From Acidobacteriaceae bacterium (GTDB taxonomy: Bacteria > Acidobacteriota > Terriglobia > Terriglobales > Acidobacteriaceae), in the NCBI GenBank assembly GCA_040003205.1, contig JBDUDA010000001.1, positions 1 through 44,277 of the forward strand: 44,277 bases of DNA. Direction: 5' to 3'. Below the pieces are notes generated by a model. That model was not told where the DNA came from, did not search any database, and saw nothing but the letters and a program-made list of their open reading frames with translations. This document shows, one piece after another, positions 18,147 through 26,796 of this stretch. Numbering within the stretch: the stretch's first letter is position 1; each line of letters begins with the position of its first letter. The position numbers were made by a program, and so were the translations under genes.

Positions 18147-19460
18147 ATGTCAGATCAGGAAATCGGCTCCGTTATCGTTTTGCTGCTGCTGCTGATCTCC
18201 ACTGCCCATCTTTTTGGATACCTCTTTACTAAATTAAGGCAGCCTCGGGTTATCGGCGAAATACTTGGCGGGCTGCTGGTCGGGCCCACCCTGATGGGAC
18301 ATTTTGCCCCCGACTTTTCCGCCAGCCTTTTCTCGGGAATGAACCCTTCGTCCGCGCATTCACGCGCCGCGGTTTTGGATTTTATTTACTGGATGGGCTT
18401 ACTGCTTTTGATGTTCACCTCGGGAACTGAAACTCGAAAACTGTTTGGGCGTGAAGACCGGCGTCAAGTGGCATGGCTTACTACCGTCGGCACGGGACTG
18501 CCATTTCTGATCGCCATGCTGGTTCTTCCGCTATTTCCGATCCGACGCCTGATGGGTTCGGCGAACCAGACGGTCGCCCTGGTGCTGGTAGTAGGGATCG
18601 CGGTTGCGGTGACTTCTATTCCAGTAATCTCGCGGATATTTCACGACCTCAAGATTCTGCACACACGCTTCGCCCGCCTGGTGCTGAGCGTCGCAGTTTT
18701 GGAGGACATCGTTCTGTGGGCCGTGCTCGCCGTAGCCACTGCACTCGCTAAATCGGCGGTGCTGCCTAAAGCGGAGATTCTTCGGCATGTTTCCGCAACT
18801 CTGATTTTCTTTGCGGCGGGCTTGACGGTCGCCCCAGGAGCTTTGCAACGCTTGCAGCGCGCGCGCTGGAACATTCTGGCAGCGGCTTCCCCTATCGGAT
18901 ATCTGGTTGCCGTTTTATTCGGATTCTGCGCCGTTGCAGCTCTTCTGCAAGTCAACCTGGTATTCGCGGCCTTTCTGGCAGGTTATGGTGTTTCCAGTGG
19001 CAGAGAACATTTCGCAGAGGCGCTCGATTCCCTCTCGCGTTTTTCGTTTGCGGTTTTCATCCCGCTATATTTTCTGATCGTCGGTTATCGTCTCGATCTG
19101 TGGAGAAGTTTTTCCTTCTCCATGCTGGCGGTATTTCTGGCGGGTGCGTGTCTCATTAAACTTTTCTCCGTCGGTTTGGGAGCGAAGCTGGCAGGCTTTC
19201 GCGGCCTCGATATCATCAATCTAGCGGTAGCTACAAATGCGCGCGGCGGACCGGGAATCGTGCTTGCCAGTGTGGCTTTCGACGCCGGAATCGTGAACGC
19301 TGCTGGATATACAACGCTGGTGCTGGTGGCGGTGCTGACGTCTCAGGCAGCCGGGGCCTGGCTGGAACATGTCACGCGAAAGGGATGGCCGCTGCTTGAG
19401 GCCAATCCAGCTACGGGCGCCCCTCCGCAAAATGAGCATGACTCTAAAGTAGTCGCGTAA
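18147..19460 (+). CDS. cation:proton antiporter (CPA2 / Kef-type Na+/H+ exchanger family)
   Basis: 437-aa polytopic membrane protein. The N-terminus (...FGYLFTKLRQPRVIGEILGGLLVGPTLMG) is typical of the Na_H_Exchanger family. Confidence 0.82.
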   Translation: MSDQEIGSVIVLLLLLISTAHLFGYLFTKLRQPRVIGEILGGLLVGPTLMGHFAPDFSASLFSGMNPSSAHSRAAVLDFIYWMGLLLLMFTSGTETRKLFGREDRRQVAWLTTVGTGLPFLIAMLVLPLFPIRRLMGSANQTVALVLVVGIAVAVTSIPVISRIFHDLKILHTRFARLVLSVAVLEDIVLWAVLAVATALAKSAVLPKAEILRHVSATLIFFAAGLTVAPGALQRLQRARWNILAAASPIGYLVAVLFGFCAVAALLQVNLVFAAFLAGYGVSSGREHFAEALDSLSRFSFAVFIPLYFLIVGYRLDLWRSFSFSMLAVFLAGACLIKLFSVGLGAKLAGFRGLDIINLAVATNARGGPGIVLASVAFDAGIVNAAGYTTLVLVAVLTSQAAGAWLEHVTRKGWPLLEANPATGAPPQNEHDSKVVA

Positions 19461-19489
19461 GCAAGGCTCGCCGGTCTCAACCAAACACA

Positions 19490-19498
19490 TGCTATAAT
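19490..19498 (+). promoter_or_regulatory. candidate extended -10 promoter element upstream of infC
   Basis: TGCTATAAT (TGnTATAAT). I see no convincing -35 hexamer. Confidence 0.3.
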
Positions 19499-19512
19499 TT
19501 TTTGATCGCGGC

Positions 19513-20133
19513 TTGCTTTGTAAGCTGACGGAGGATGGTATCGATAAACGCTTTATCCGCACGAACGATCGCATCCGGGCGCGTGAAATCCGGGTGATTG
19601 ATGATGAAGGTCAACAGATTGGCATTTTGCCTCCCTTCGAAGCGCTGAAAATGGCCCGCGAGAAGAATTTGGATCTGGTTGAGATCTCGCCCACGGCCGT
19701 CCCTCCTGTATGTCGCATCATGGACTACGGGAAGTTTCTCTATCAGCAGGAGAAGAAGGAACGGGAAGCCAAAAAACATCAAAAGGTGATCGTCGTCAAG
19801 GAAGTGAAATTCCGCATTAATGTGGACGATCACGACTACGAGACCAAGAAGAACCACGTGCTGCGCTTCCTGGAAGATGGCGACAAGGTAAAAGCCACGA
19901 TCTTTTTTCGTGGACGTGAAATGAGCCGCACGAATTTAGGCCGTCAGATTTTGGAGCGGCTGATTAAAGATATCGGGGACAACGGAATCGTGGAATTCCG
20001 GCCGCGGCAGGAAGGCAATACGCTGCACGCGATTCTCGCTCCTAAGAAGTCGGAGCGCGAGAAAGAAAAAGACCGGGTCAAGCAGCAGGCTACCGCTGCC
20101 GCGCAGTCGCAACAACGCGCGAATCAGGCTTAA
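19513..20133 (+). CDS. infC: translation initiation factor IF-3
   Basis: Strong IF-3 similarity (IRAREIRVIDDEGQQIG...VDLVEISPTAVPPVCRIMDYGKFLYQQEKK...FRGREM). There is no in-frame ATG or GTG before the conserved core. The options are TTG 19513 or, more likely, ATC 19540, which lies behind GGAGGA (19530-19535). Confidence 0.9.
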   Translation: MLCKLTEDGIDKRFIRTNDRIRAREIRVIDDEGQQIGILPPFEALKMAREKNLDLVEISPTAVPPVCRIMDYGKFLYQQEKKEREAKKHQKVIVVKEVKFRINVDDHDYETKKNHVLRFLEDGDKVKATIFFRGREMSRTNLGRQILERLIKDIGDNGIVEFRPRQEGNTLHAILAPKKSEREKEKDRVKQQATAAAQSQQRANQA

Positions 20134-20171
20134 TAATCCGGCTCAGTACATCAGTTCAGTTCAGAAATTTT

Positions 20172-20197
20172 ACAGAGATGTTTTTGCGCATCTCTGT
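20172..20197 (+). other. stem-loop immediately upstream of the rpmI ribosome-binding site
   Basis: acagagatg-tttttgcg-catctctgt forms a 9-bp stem. No T-tract follows, and GAGGA plus the rpmI ATG come directly after it. Confidence 0.5.
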
Positions 20198-20208
20198 TCG
20201 AGGATTTT

Positions 20209-20403
20209 ATGCCGAAGATGAAGACACATAAAGGCGCGGCCAAGCGCTTCAAGAAGACTGCGAGCGGGAAGGTGAAGCGCGGGCATTCCAATCTGCGTCA
20301 CATCCTGACCTCGAAGAGCAAGCGACGTAAGAAAAAGTCGGGAAAAAGCACGCTGGTCAGCGATGCCGATACGCCGAAGATCAAACGCATGATTCCGTAC
20401 TAG
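20209..20403 (+). CDS. rpmI: 50S ribosomal protein L35
   Basis: The 64-aa sequence [24 protein letters not shown]... is canonical L35. Confidence 0.95.
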   Translation: MPKMKTHKGAAKRFKKTASGKVKRGHSNLRHILTSKSKRRKKKSGKSTLVSDADTPKIKRMIPY

Positions 20404-20411
20404 TTGGAAGC

Positions 20412-20437
20412 GCGTCTTTCGTCTTAAAGAAAGACGC
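20412..20437 (+). other. stem-loop just after rpmI
   Basis: gcgtctttc-gtcttaaa-gaaagacgc forms a 9-bp stem with no T-tract. Confidence 0.5.
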
Positions 20438-20561
20438 AATTTGCGGGCCCGTTCTTTAGCCGTATTAGGAACAGTGGTCCGGGGCGTGTGAAGAGGTCGG
20501 ACTCACAAAATAAGTTCCTTGCCTCCAGCCGCCGTAATCGTAATAAAAAAAGGAGCCGTCC

Positions 20562-20927
20562 ATGCCTCGTGTAAAACGCGGAACCAAACGCCGCGCGAAG
20601 CGTAAAAAGATTCTTGACCGCGCAAGCGGATACTTCCTCACAAAATCAAAACTCCACCGCGCGGCGAAAGAAGCGGTTGATCGCGCGCTGAAGTTCGCCT
20701 ACTCCGGCCGCAAGCAGAGGAAGCGCCAGTTTCGCTCGCTGTGGATTGTCCGCATCGGCGCTGCCGCCAAGCTCAGCGGGTTGAGCTACAGCCAGTTTAT
20801 TCATGGACTGAAGCTGGCAGGCGTCGAGTTGGATCGCAAGATTCTCGCCGACATCGCAGTGCATGACGCGGCTGCGTTTAAGACCTTGGCGGAACAGGCC
20901 AAGGGCTCGATCGCGAAGGCTGCTTAG
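20562..20927 (+). CDS. rplT: 50S ribosomal protein L20
   Basis: The 121-aa sequence [18 protein letters not shown]...[20 protein letters not shown] is canonical L20. Confidence 0.95.
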   Translation: MPRVKRGTKRRAKRKKILDRASGYFLTKSKLHRAAKEAVDRALKFAYSGRKQRKRQFRSLWIVRIGAAAKLSGLSYSQFIHGLKLAGVELDRKILADIAVHDAAAFKTLAEQAKGSIAKAA

Positions 20928-20948
20928 GCTTTCCAGTTTTACTCATTT

Positions 20949-21008
20949 TGTCATCCCGAGTGCAGTCAGTGCGGCGCTCGCGCCGCACTGCAAATCGAGG
21001 GACCTGCT
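20949..21008 (+). repeat. element, CTGCT-tail long form, forward
   Basis: tgtcatcccgagtgcagtcagtgcggcgctcgcgccgcactgcaaatcgagggacctgct. The inner hairpin is cagtgcggcg/cgccgcactg. Confidence 0.85.
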
Positions 21009-21037
21009 TTTCGGCGGCTGACAGTTAGTTCAAGAAC

Positions 21038-21098
21038 AGCAGGTCCCTCGACTTGTTCTCACCGCGCTAGCGCGGCTCGGCCGGCGCTCGGGATGACA
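21038..21098 (-). repeat. element, CTGCT-tail long form, reverse
   Basis: agcaggtccctcgacttgttctcaccgcgctagcgcggctcggccggcgctcgggatgaca. It forms an inverted pair with 20949-21008. Confidence 0.85.
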
Positions 21099-21118
21099 AG
21101 GTTAATTTGAGATAGTTA

Positions 21119-22255
21119 ATGGCATACACGGTTACGAAGCCAAAAGATTTTTCGGCGCAGGCTCTGACGAAAGAATCGGACCATCTGCTCGCTGCGCTCT
21201 CCGAGGAAGCGAACGCCATTGGCACTGAAGCTGAGTGGAAAGCATTCCGTGATCGGTGGATGGGTCGTAAGAATGGCATCCTCACTCAGCTCAATGATCT
21301 GTGGTTGAAGGCTGCTCCTAAGGATGCGAAGCGAGAAGTCGGTGCGCGCGTCAATGAAATAAAGTCCAGCGTCGAGTCAAGACTCGAGGCTTCCAAGGCC
21401 CTCGGCGCGGGGGCCACGTCGATAGCCGGCGCCGACCTCAAGATAGGCGCCACGATAGATCGCCCGCTAGACATCACCCTCCCCGGCATTCGCCGTCCTC
21501 TCGGCGCCGAGCATCCCATCATTAAGACGATGAATGAAATCGTCTCCGTCTTTCGCAATCTTGGATACTCGGTTGAGGAAGGTCCCGAGATTGAGACTGA
21601 CTACTACAATTTTGAGGCGCTGAATTTTCCGCCTGATCATCCCGCTCGCGATACGCAGGACACATTATTCATCGCGAATCAGCAGTCGAAAGCGGCGCGT
21701 GATCGCCTGCTGTTGCGCACGCATACTTCTCCCGTGCAGATTCGTACGATGGAGAAGCGGAGGCCTCCGGTGCGCGTGGTGTGTCCGGGGAAAGTCCATC
21801 GTAACGATGCGCCTGACGCTACCCACTCGCCGATTTTTCACCAGGTCGAAGGGCTGGCAGTGGATAGCAACATCACCTTTTGCGATCTCAAGGGAACGCT
21901 CGATCACGCAATGAAAGCGCTCTTCGGATCGAGCGTTAAGACACGCTTCTATCCGTCATTTTTTCCGTTTACCGAGCCCAGCGCCGACGTGCAGATCAGT
22001 TGCATTTTCTGCGGAGGCAAAGGTTTTCGTGCTGGAGCGCGCTGTCCGAATTGCAAATCCAGCGGATGGATCGAGTTGCTGGGATGCGGCATGGTTGATC
22101 CGAATGTGTATGGATTCGTGGATTACGACGCGAAGAAAGTCAGTGGCTTCGCATTCGGCATGGGAGTCGAACGGATTGCGATCCTGAAATATGGCGTGGA
22201 TGATATTCAGCTATTTTTTCAGGGTGATGTGCGGTTCTTGCAGCAATTTTCGTAG
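21119..22255 (+). CDS. pheS: phenylalanine--tRNA ligase alpha subunit
   Basis: 378 aa. Class II motifs and typical PheS core are present (HPARDTQDTLF, LLRTHTSPVQIR, FGMGVERIAILKYG). Confidence 0.95.
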   Translation: MAYTVTKPKDFSAQALTKESDHLLAALSEEANAIGTEAEWKAFRDRWMGRKNGILTQLNDLWLKAAPKDAKREVGARVNEIKSSVESRLEASKALGAGATSIAGADLKIGATIDRPLDITLPGIRRPLGAEHPIIKTMNEIVSVFRNLGYSVEEGPEIETDYYNFEALNFPPDHPARDTQDTLFIANQQSKAARDRLLLRTHTSPVQIRTMEKRRPPVRVVCPGKVHRNDAPDATHSPIFHQVEGLAVDSNITFCDLKGTLDHAMKALFGSSVKTRFYPSFFPFTEPSADVQISCIFCGGKGFRAGARCPNCKSSGWIELLGCGMVDPNVYGFVDYDAKKVSGFAFGMGVERIAILKYGVDDIQLFFQGDVRFLQQFS

Positions 22256-22304
22256 CCAGCTTTTGGCCTTTGGCCATTAGCTAGTAACTCTTAAAGCTCC
22301 AATC

Positions 22305-24341
22305 ATGAAACTTTCTCCACAGTGGCTGCGCGATTTTGTTGACCTTAAGGTGAATTATCACCAATTGGCAGAGGACCTTACTCTGTCTGGAATCGCGGTG
22401 GAATCGGTCAGTGGCGAGGGCGACAGCACTGTGTTTGAGATGGAGATCACGACCAATCGTCCTGATGCCATGAATCATTACGGCGTCGCTCGCGAGTGTT
22501 CTGCTTTGTACGATCTTCCGCTGAAGCCGATTGCTCCAACTCTGCCCAAGGCAACTGTCAGGGGTGCTTTTTCTATTGAGGTTGCTGAGCGTTCGCTGTG
22601 TCCGCGATTTACGGCGCGCGTTTTGAAAAATATTTCCATCAAGCCTTCTCCCATTGACATTTCGAGGCGCCTGGCATTGATAGATCAACGTGCCATCAAC
22701 AATGCAGTGGACGCGACCAACTATACCCTGTGGGAGATGGGAAAGCCCACGCACGTATTCGATCTCGACTTGCTCGAAGGCGGAAAGATCATCGTGCGCT
22801 ACGCGCGCGAGGGAGAGACGCTCAAAACTCTTGACGGCGTGGAGCGCAAGCTGACGGCGAAAGACCTCGTCGTGGCTGACGGCAAAAAGCCGGTTGCTCT
22901 GGCTGGTGTTATGGGCGGATGGGACACGATGATTACCGACAAAACGCGCAACATCGTGATCGAGTCGGCGTGGTGGGATCCCGTGACCGTGCGCAAGATG
23001 TCGAAGCGACATGCGATTCATACCGACGCGTCGCATCGTTTTGAGCGCGGCGCCGACTTTGAGGCAACGATTTTATCCTGCGACCGGGTTGCGGAATTAA
23101 TTCTTAACTCTGGAGGCGGCGAGCTTGCGGGCGAAATCATAGATGTGATGGACCGTCCGCTCGATCAGGCTCCGGTGGCGCTACGGGTTGCGGAGGTACA
23201 TCGCATTCTTGGAGAGCCGCTTCCCGTGAGCGAGATCACGCGCATCCTGAAGCGGTTGGGCTTCGAGTTGATATCCGAACCTGAGCAGGAGCCTGAGTTC
23301 ACGGTGCGGGTGCCAAGCTGGCGATTAGATGTTGAACGCGAAATTGATCTGATCGAAGAAATTGCGCGTCTGCACGGCTACGATAAATTCAGCAACACGT
23401 TGCCTGCTTATGCAGGGTCGGTGATTGAAACTCCCCATGCTGCGGAAAATGAAAAGCTGCGTTCCTCCCTGCTGGCGCTCGGTTACGACGAAGCAATCTC
23501 GCTGACATTTGTTTCGCATGACGACGCGGAGCGATTTTCCTCCGTCCCCGTGCTCGAGCTAGAGAATCCGCTGAGCGAAGAAGCTTCCGTGATGCGTACT
23601 GTGTTAGTGCCGGGGATGCTCAATATGCTGGCCTACAATTTGAATCGCGGCGGCGAGAGCGTTCGGTTATTCGAAGCGGGGAATGTATTCGAGAAATCAG
23701 GCGAACAGGCTTTGCAGGCAGCTCAGATTTGCTTGGGCGCGACCGGAAGCGCGGTGCCACCGGATGCGCACCAGAAAGCGCGGCCTCTTTCATTTTTCGA
23801 TCTTAAAGGCGATGTCGAGCAATTGCTGCACGCCTTCCAGCATAAGACCCTGAGCTACGAGAAGACCTCTTCGGAGTATTACCATCCTGGACGGTCTGCT
23901 CGCGTCCTCATGGATGGCTTGCTGGTAGGGCAGTTTGGGCAATTGCATCCTGAGATTGCTACTGTCCGAAAGCTGCGGCAGGAAGTTTTCATCGCCGAGA
24001 TTTTCGTCGGCCAACTCTATAAAGCCGGATGGCGCGAGGTCCACTATGAGGCCCTCTCTCGCTATCCCGCAGTCGAGCGCGATTTTTCTTTCATCTTCGG
24101 CGACGAAGTGACTTTCGATACCATCAGCCGCTCAGTCATGAAACTCGATATGCCTGAGATGCGGAGCTTCACACCCGTGGAGGTATTTCGCGGCGGAGCG
24201 ATCCCGGCAGGAAAATATTCTCTGCTCCTGCGCGCGACATTTCAGTCCTATGAACGCACCCTGCGCGAGGAAGAAGTAACTCGCTGGACAGAGCTCATCG
24301 TTAATGCTCTGCAAGCTTTGGGCGGCACACAGCGAGCGTAA
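22305..24341 (+). CDS. pheT: phenylalanine--tRNA ligase beta subunit (short form, apparently lacking the B2 OB-fold)
   Basis: 678 aa. Begins MKLSPQWLRDFVDL and contains the B3_4 region (ITTNRPDAMNHYGVARE), a B5 domain and a C-terminal FDX-ACB-like domain (YPAVERDFSF). Confidence 0.93.
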   Translation: MKLSPQWLRDFVDLKVNYHQLAEDLTLSGIAVESVSGEGDSTVFEMEITTNRPDAMNHYGVARECSALYDLPLKPIAPTLPKATVRGAFSIEVAERSLCPRFTARVLKNISIKPSPIDISRRLALIDQRAINNAVDATNYTLWEMGKPTHVFDLDLLEGGKIIVRYAREGETLKTLDGVERKLTAKDLVVADGKKPVALAGVMGGWDTMITDKTRNIVIESAWWDPVTVRKMSKRHAIHTDASHRFERGADFEATILSCDRVAELILNSGGGELAGEIIDVMDRPLDQAPVALRVAEVHRILGEPLPVSEITRILKRLGFELISEPEQEPEFTVRVPSWRLDVEREIDLIEEIARLHGYDKFSNTLPAYAGSVIETPHAAENEKLRSSLLALGYDEAISLTFVSHDDAERFSSVPVLELENPLSEEASVMRTVLVPGMLNMLAYNLNRGGESVRLFEAGNVFEKSGEQALQAAQICLGATGSAVPPDAHQKARPLSFFDLKGDVEQLLHAFQHKTLSYEKTSSEYYHPGRSARVLMDGLLVGQFGQLHPEIATVRKLRQEVFIAEIFVGQLYKAGWREVHYEALSRYPAVERDFSFIFGDEVTFDTISRSVMKLDMPEMRSFTPVEVFRGGAIPAGKYSLLLRATFQSYERTLREEEVTRWTELIVNALQALGGTQRA

Positions 24342-24366
24342 AACACTGTGCTAATCTGAGCCAATC

Positions 24367-25584
24367 ATGGCAGACGCCGTCCCGCATAAAGTATCCGAAC
24401 CCAAAACTTTTCTCAGCGAAAAAGTGGGACTCTTCACCGAGTCTGTCATTCGTGACATGTCGCGGCAGGCGAAACTTTATGGCGCAGTGAATTTGGCGCA
24501 GGGGTTTCCTGACTTTCCGGCTCCCTCCGAGATCAAGCTCGCGGCCCAGAACGCGATTGCCCGCGACATCAACCAGTACGCGATCACCTGGGGCGCGAAA
24601 AATCTGCGTGAGGCGATTGCCCGCCAGATGCAGGAATGGCAAGGCATTAAAGTCAATCCGGAAACGCAGGTCACCGTGTGCTGCGGCTCCACCGAAGCAA
24701 TGATTTCCACTCTTCTTGCAGTTTGCAACAAGGGTGATGAGGTCGTTGTCTTTGAGCCTTTTTACGAAAACTACGGTCCCGATACAGTTCTCTCGGGAGC
24801 GACCCCGCGATTTGTGAGGTTGCGGCCTCCGCAATCCGCCGTAGATGAATGGACGTTCGATGAACGCGAGCTGCGCGCCGCCTTTCAGGACAACACCAAA
24901 GCGATCATCCTCAACACGCCGAATAATCCCACTGGCAAAGTATTCAGCAGGGCCGAACTGGAACTCATTCGCGATCTGTGCGTGGAGTTCAACGTCCTCG
25001 CCATCACCGACGAAATTTACGAGCACATTCTTTATGACGGCGCGCGCCATATTTCCATCGCTGCGCTCGATGGCATGGCTGAGCGCACGGTCACCATCAA
25101 CGGGATGTCGAAAACTTATGGCGTGACTGGGTGGCGCATCGGGTGGACGGTGGCTCCGCCGGCGATCACGGACGCGATCCGCAAAGTACACGACTTTCTA
25201 ACCGTCGGAGCTCCCGCCCCGCTCCAGGAAGCAGGAGCGACCGCTTTAGCCTTGCCGAAAAGCTACTACCAAAGTCTCGCTGAGGCATATCGCAAACGTC
25301 GCGATCTGCTCATCCCCGCTCTGACCGATGCCGGCTTTCAATGCTTCTGTCCGCAGGGCGCTTATTACGTGATGACTGACATCAGCTCGTTCGGCTTCGC
25401 CAACGACCTGGAATTTACCCGCTATCTCGTGAAAGAAATCGGAGTGGCTGCCGTGCCAGGCTCGAGTTTTTATCGCGATCGGCGCGATGGGGCGCGTCAG
25501 GTGCGCTTTGCCTTCTGCAAAAAAGACGAAACGCTGCATGCCGCAGCAAAAAAATTGCAGCAGTTGAAAATCCGTACCAAATGA
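24367..25584 (+). CDS. class I/II PLP-dependent aminotransferase (YbdL / kynurenine-aminotransferase-like)
   Basis: 405 aa. Contains NLAQGFPDFP, NTPNNPTGKVF and the PLP-lysine region INGMSKTYGVTGWRIGW. Confidence 0.88.
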   Translation: MADAVPHKVSEPKTFLSEKVGLFTESVIRDMSRQAKLYGAVNLAQGFPDFPAPSEIKLAAQNAIARDINQYAITWGAKNLREAIARQMQEWQGIKVNPETQVTVCCGSTEAMISTLLAVCNKGDEVVVFEPFYENYGPDTVLSGATPRFVRLRPPQSAVDEWTFDERELRAAFQDNTKAIILNTPNNPTGKVFSRAELELIRDLCVEFNVLAITDEIYEHILYDGARHISIAALDGMAERTVTINGMSKTYGVTGWRIGWTVAPPAITDAIRKVHDFLTVGAPAPLQEAGATALALPKSYYQSLAEAYRKRRDLLIPALTDAGFQCFCPQGAYYVMTDISSFGFANDLEFTRYLVKEIGVAAVPGSSFYRDRRDGARQVRFAFCKKDETLHAAAKKLQQLKIRTK

Positions 25585-25674
25585 TTGAGTTTTCCAATGG
25601 CACTCTTGTTCTACCGACAAAATTCTGCGTTATACTGCGCTAAAGTTGTAAATTTTTAGGGAAAGAAGTGACTT

Positions 25675-25968
25675 ATGGCAGTGAGGGCGGAAGAGGTACC
25701 TACGCTGGTTCCGGCTGACGATTTTCAGGCGCTGGAGAGCAAAGTCTATCGCACTATTGAGTTATATAAGAGCGCGCGTGAGGCCCGAACCGCAGCCGAG
25801 CGCGATGTACAACGCATTCGCGAGCAGCTTGAGGAACGTGAAGAGCAAGTGGAAACGCTGCGACGCGAGATGGTGCAGCTACGCCGGGAGCGCGAAGAAA
25901 TTCGCGGGCGGGTGGAAAAAATGCTGCATCAGATTGAAACTATTTCCGAGGAGCAGGCCGCGAGCTAA
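25675..25968 (+). CDS. ZapB-like coiled-coil cell-division protein
   Basis: 97-aa heptad-rich, E/R-rich ORF (REQLEEREEQVETLRREMVQLRREREEIRGR) immediately upstream of zapA. Confidence 0.55.
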   Translation: MAVRAEEVPTLVPADDFQALESKVYRTIELYKSAREARTAAERDVQRIREQLEEREEQVETLRREMVQLRREREEIRGRVEKMLHQIETISEEQAAS

Positions 25969-26000
25969 GTTGTGCGCTGCGATGAATCTTCATCTGGCCG

Positions 26001-26351
26001 ATGAGAGGACGGGTTATGGCTACTGCTGTAAAACAACCACAAGTTAGCGATCCGAATAACAATAGCGTGCGGGTCGAAATTTTCGACCAGGGCTACAACC
26101 TGCGCGGCTCCGATCCGGAATATATCTTAAAGCTCGCGGATTATGTAGACACCAAGATGCGCGCCGTCGCCGAGCAGACGCATACCGTAGATACCGCGCG
26201 CCTCGCGGTATTGGCGGCACTGAATATCGCCGACGAATTTCATCTGATCAAGCGTAAGGTTGATGGAGCCACTCCAGATTACCGCCAGCGGGCGCTGCAT
26301 TTGTCGAATGCGCTGGATGAAGTGCTGGAAGACCGACGACGCACTGGATAG
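26001..26351 (+). CDS. zapA: cell division protein ZapA
   Basis: ZapA-like sequence VRVEIFDQGYNLRG...LADYVDTKMRAVAEQT...LAVLAALNIADEF. The start could alternatively be the ATG at 26016. Confidence 0.8.
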   Translation: MRGRVMATAVKQPQVSDPNNNSVRVEIFDQGYNLRGSDPEYILKLADYVDTKMRAVAEQTHTVDTARLAVLAALNIADEFHLIKRKVDGATPDYRQRALHLSNALDEVLEDRRRTG

Positions 26352-26494
26352 TGCGGTGAAGCTCGGGTCAGTGCGCTGATGTTGCTGTGTCCGAAAATCC
26401 CACCTGTTCTAATGCAACTTCCCCGCGAAGTCACGTAACGAAAGTTGCTGGCAAGTGGAGTTCCAACTTTTTCACTTTTCCCTCTTGCGAAACT

Positions 26495-26657
26495 TTCGCT
26501 GTTTCCCTAGCATCTGATCTGAAAGCCGTCCTGCTAAGTTGGTGCTGGTGGTCACCGATTTTTGAACCAACACTGAATGAACGGGGGCCTGACTCGTAAA
26601 TTACGATCCGGTGTGCAGTGCTCCGCCATGCGGAGATGCCTAAAGGGTCGCGGCGGG
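26495..26657 (+). ncRNA. ssrS: candidate 6S RNA (position-based, unverified)
   Basis: It lies in a 445-nt non-coding gap directly downstream of zapA. A terminal closing helix is available: 26495-26502 with 26650-26657, 26505-26508 with 26644-26647, and GCATCT 26510-26515 with AGATGC 26634-26639. Internal helices include GTTGG 26538-42 with CCAAC 26567-71 and the hairpin 26588-26611. No covariance-model test was possible. Confidence 0.33.
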
Positions 26658-26796
26658 TTCCCAACGTCTACCGACGGGTTCATTCTCGGCCCATCACACG
26701 GTTTCGTGGGTCGGCTTTTACTTCTTCCTGCATCCTCCTGCGTTCGTTTGCTAGACTGGCTGGAACAAATTCCCGTAGTGTCGCATCCAAGTAATA

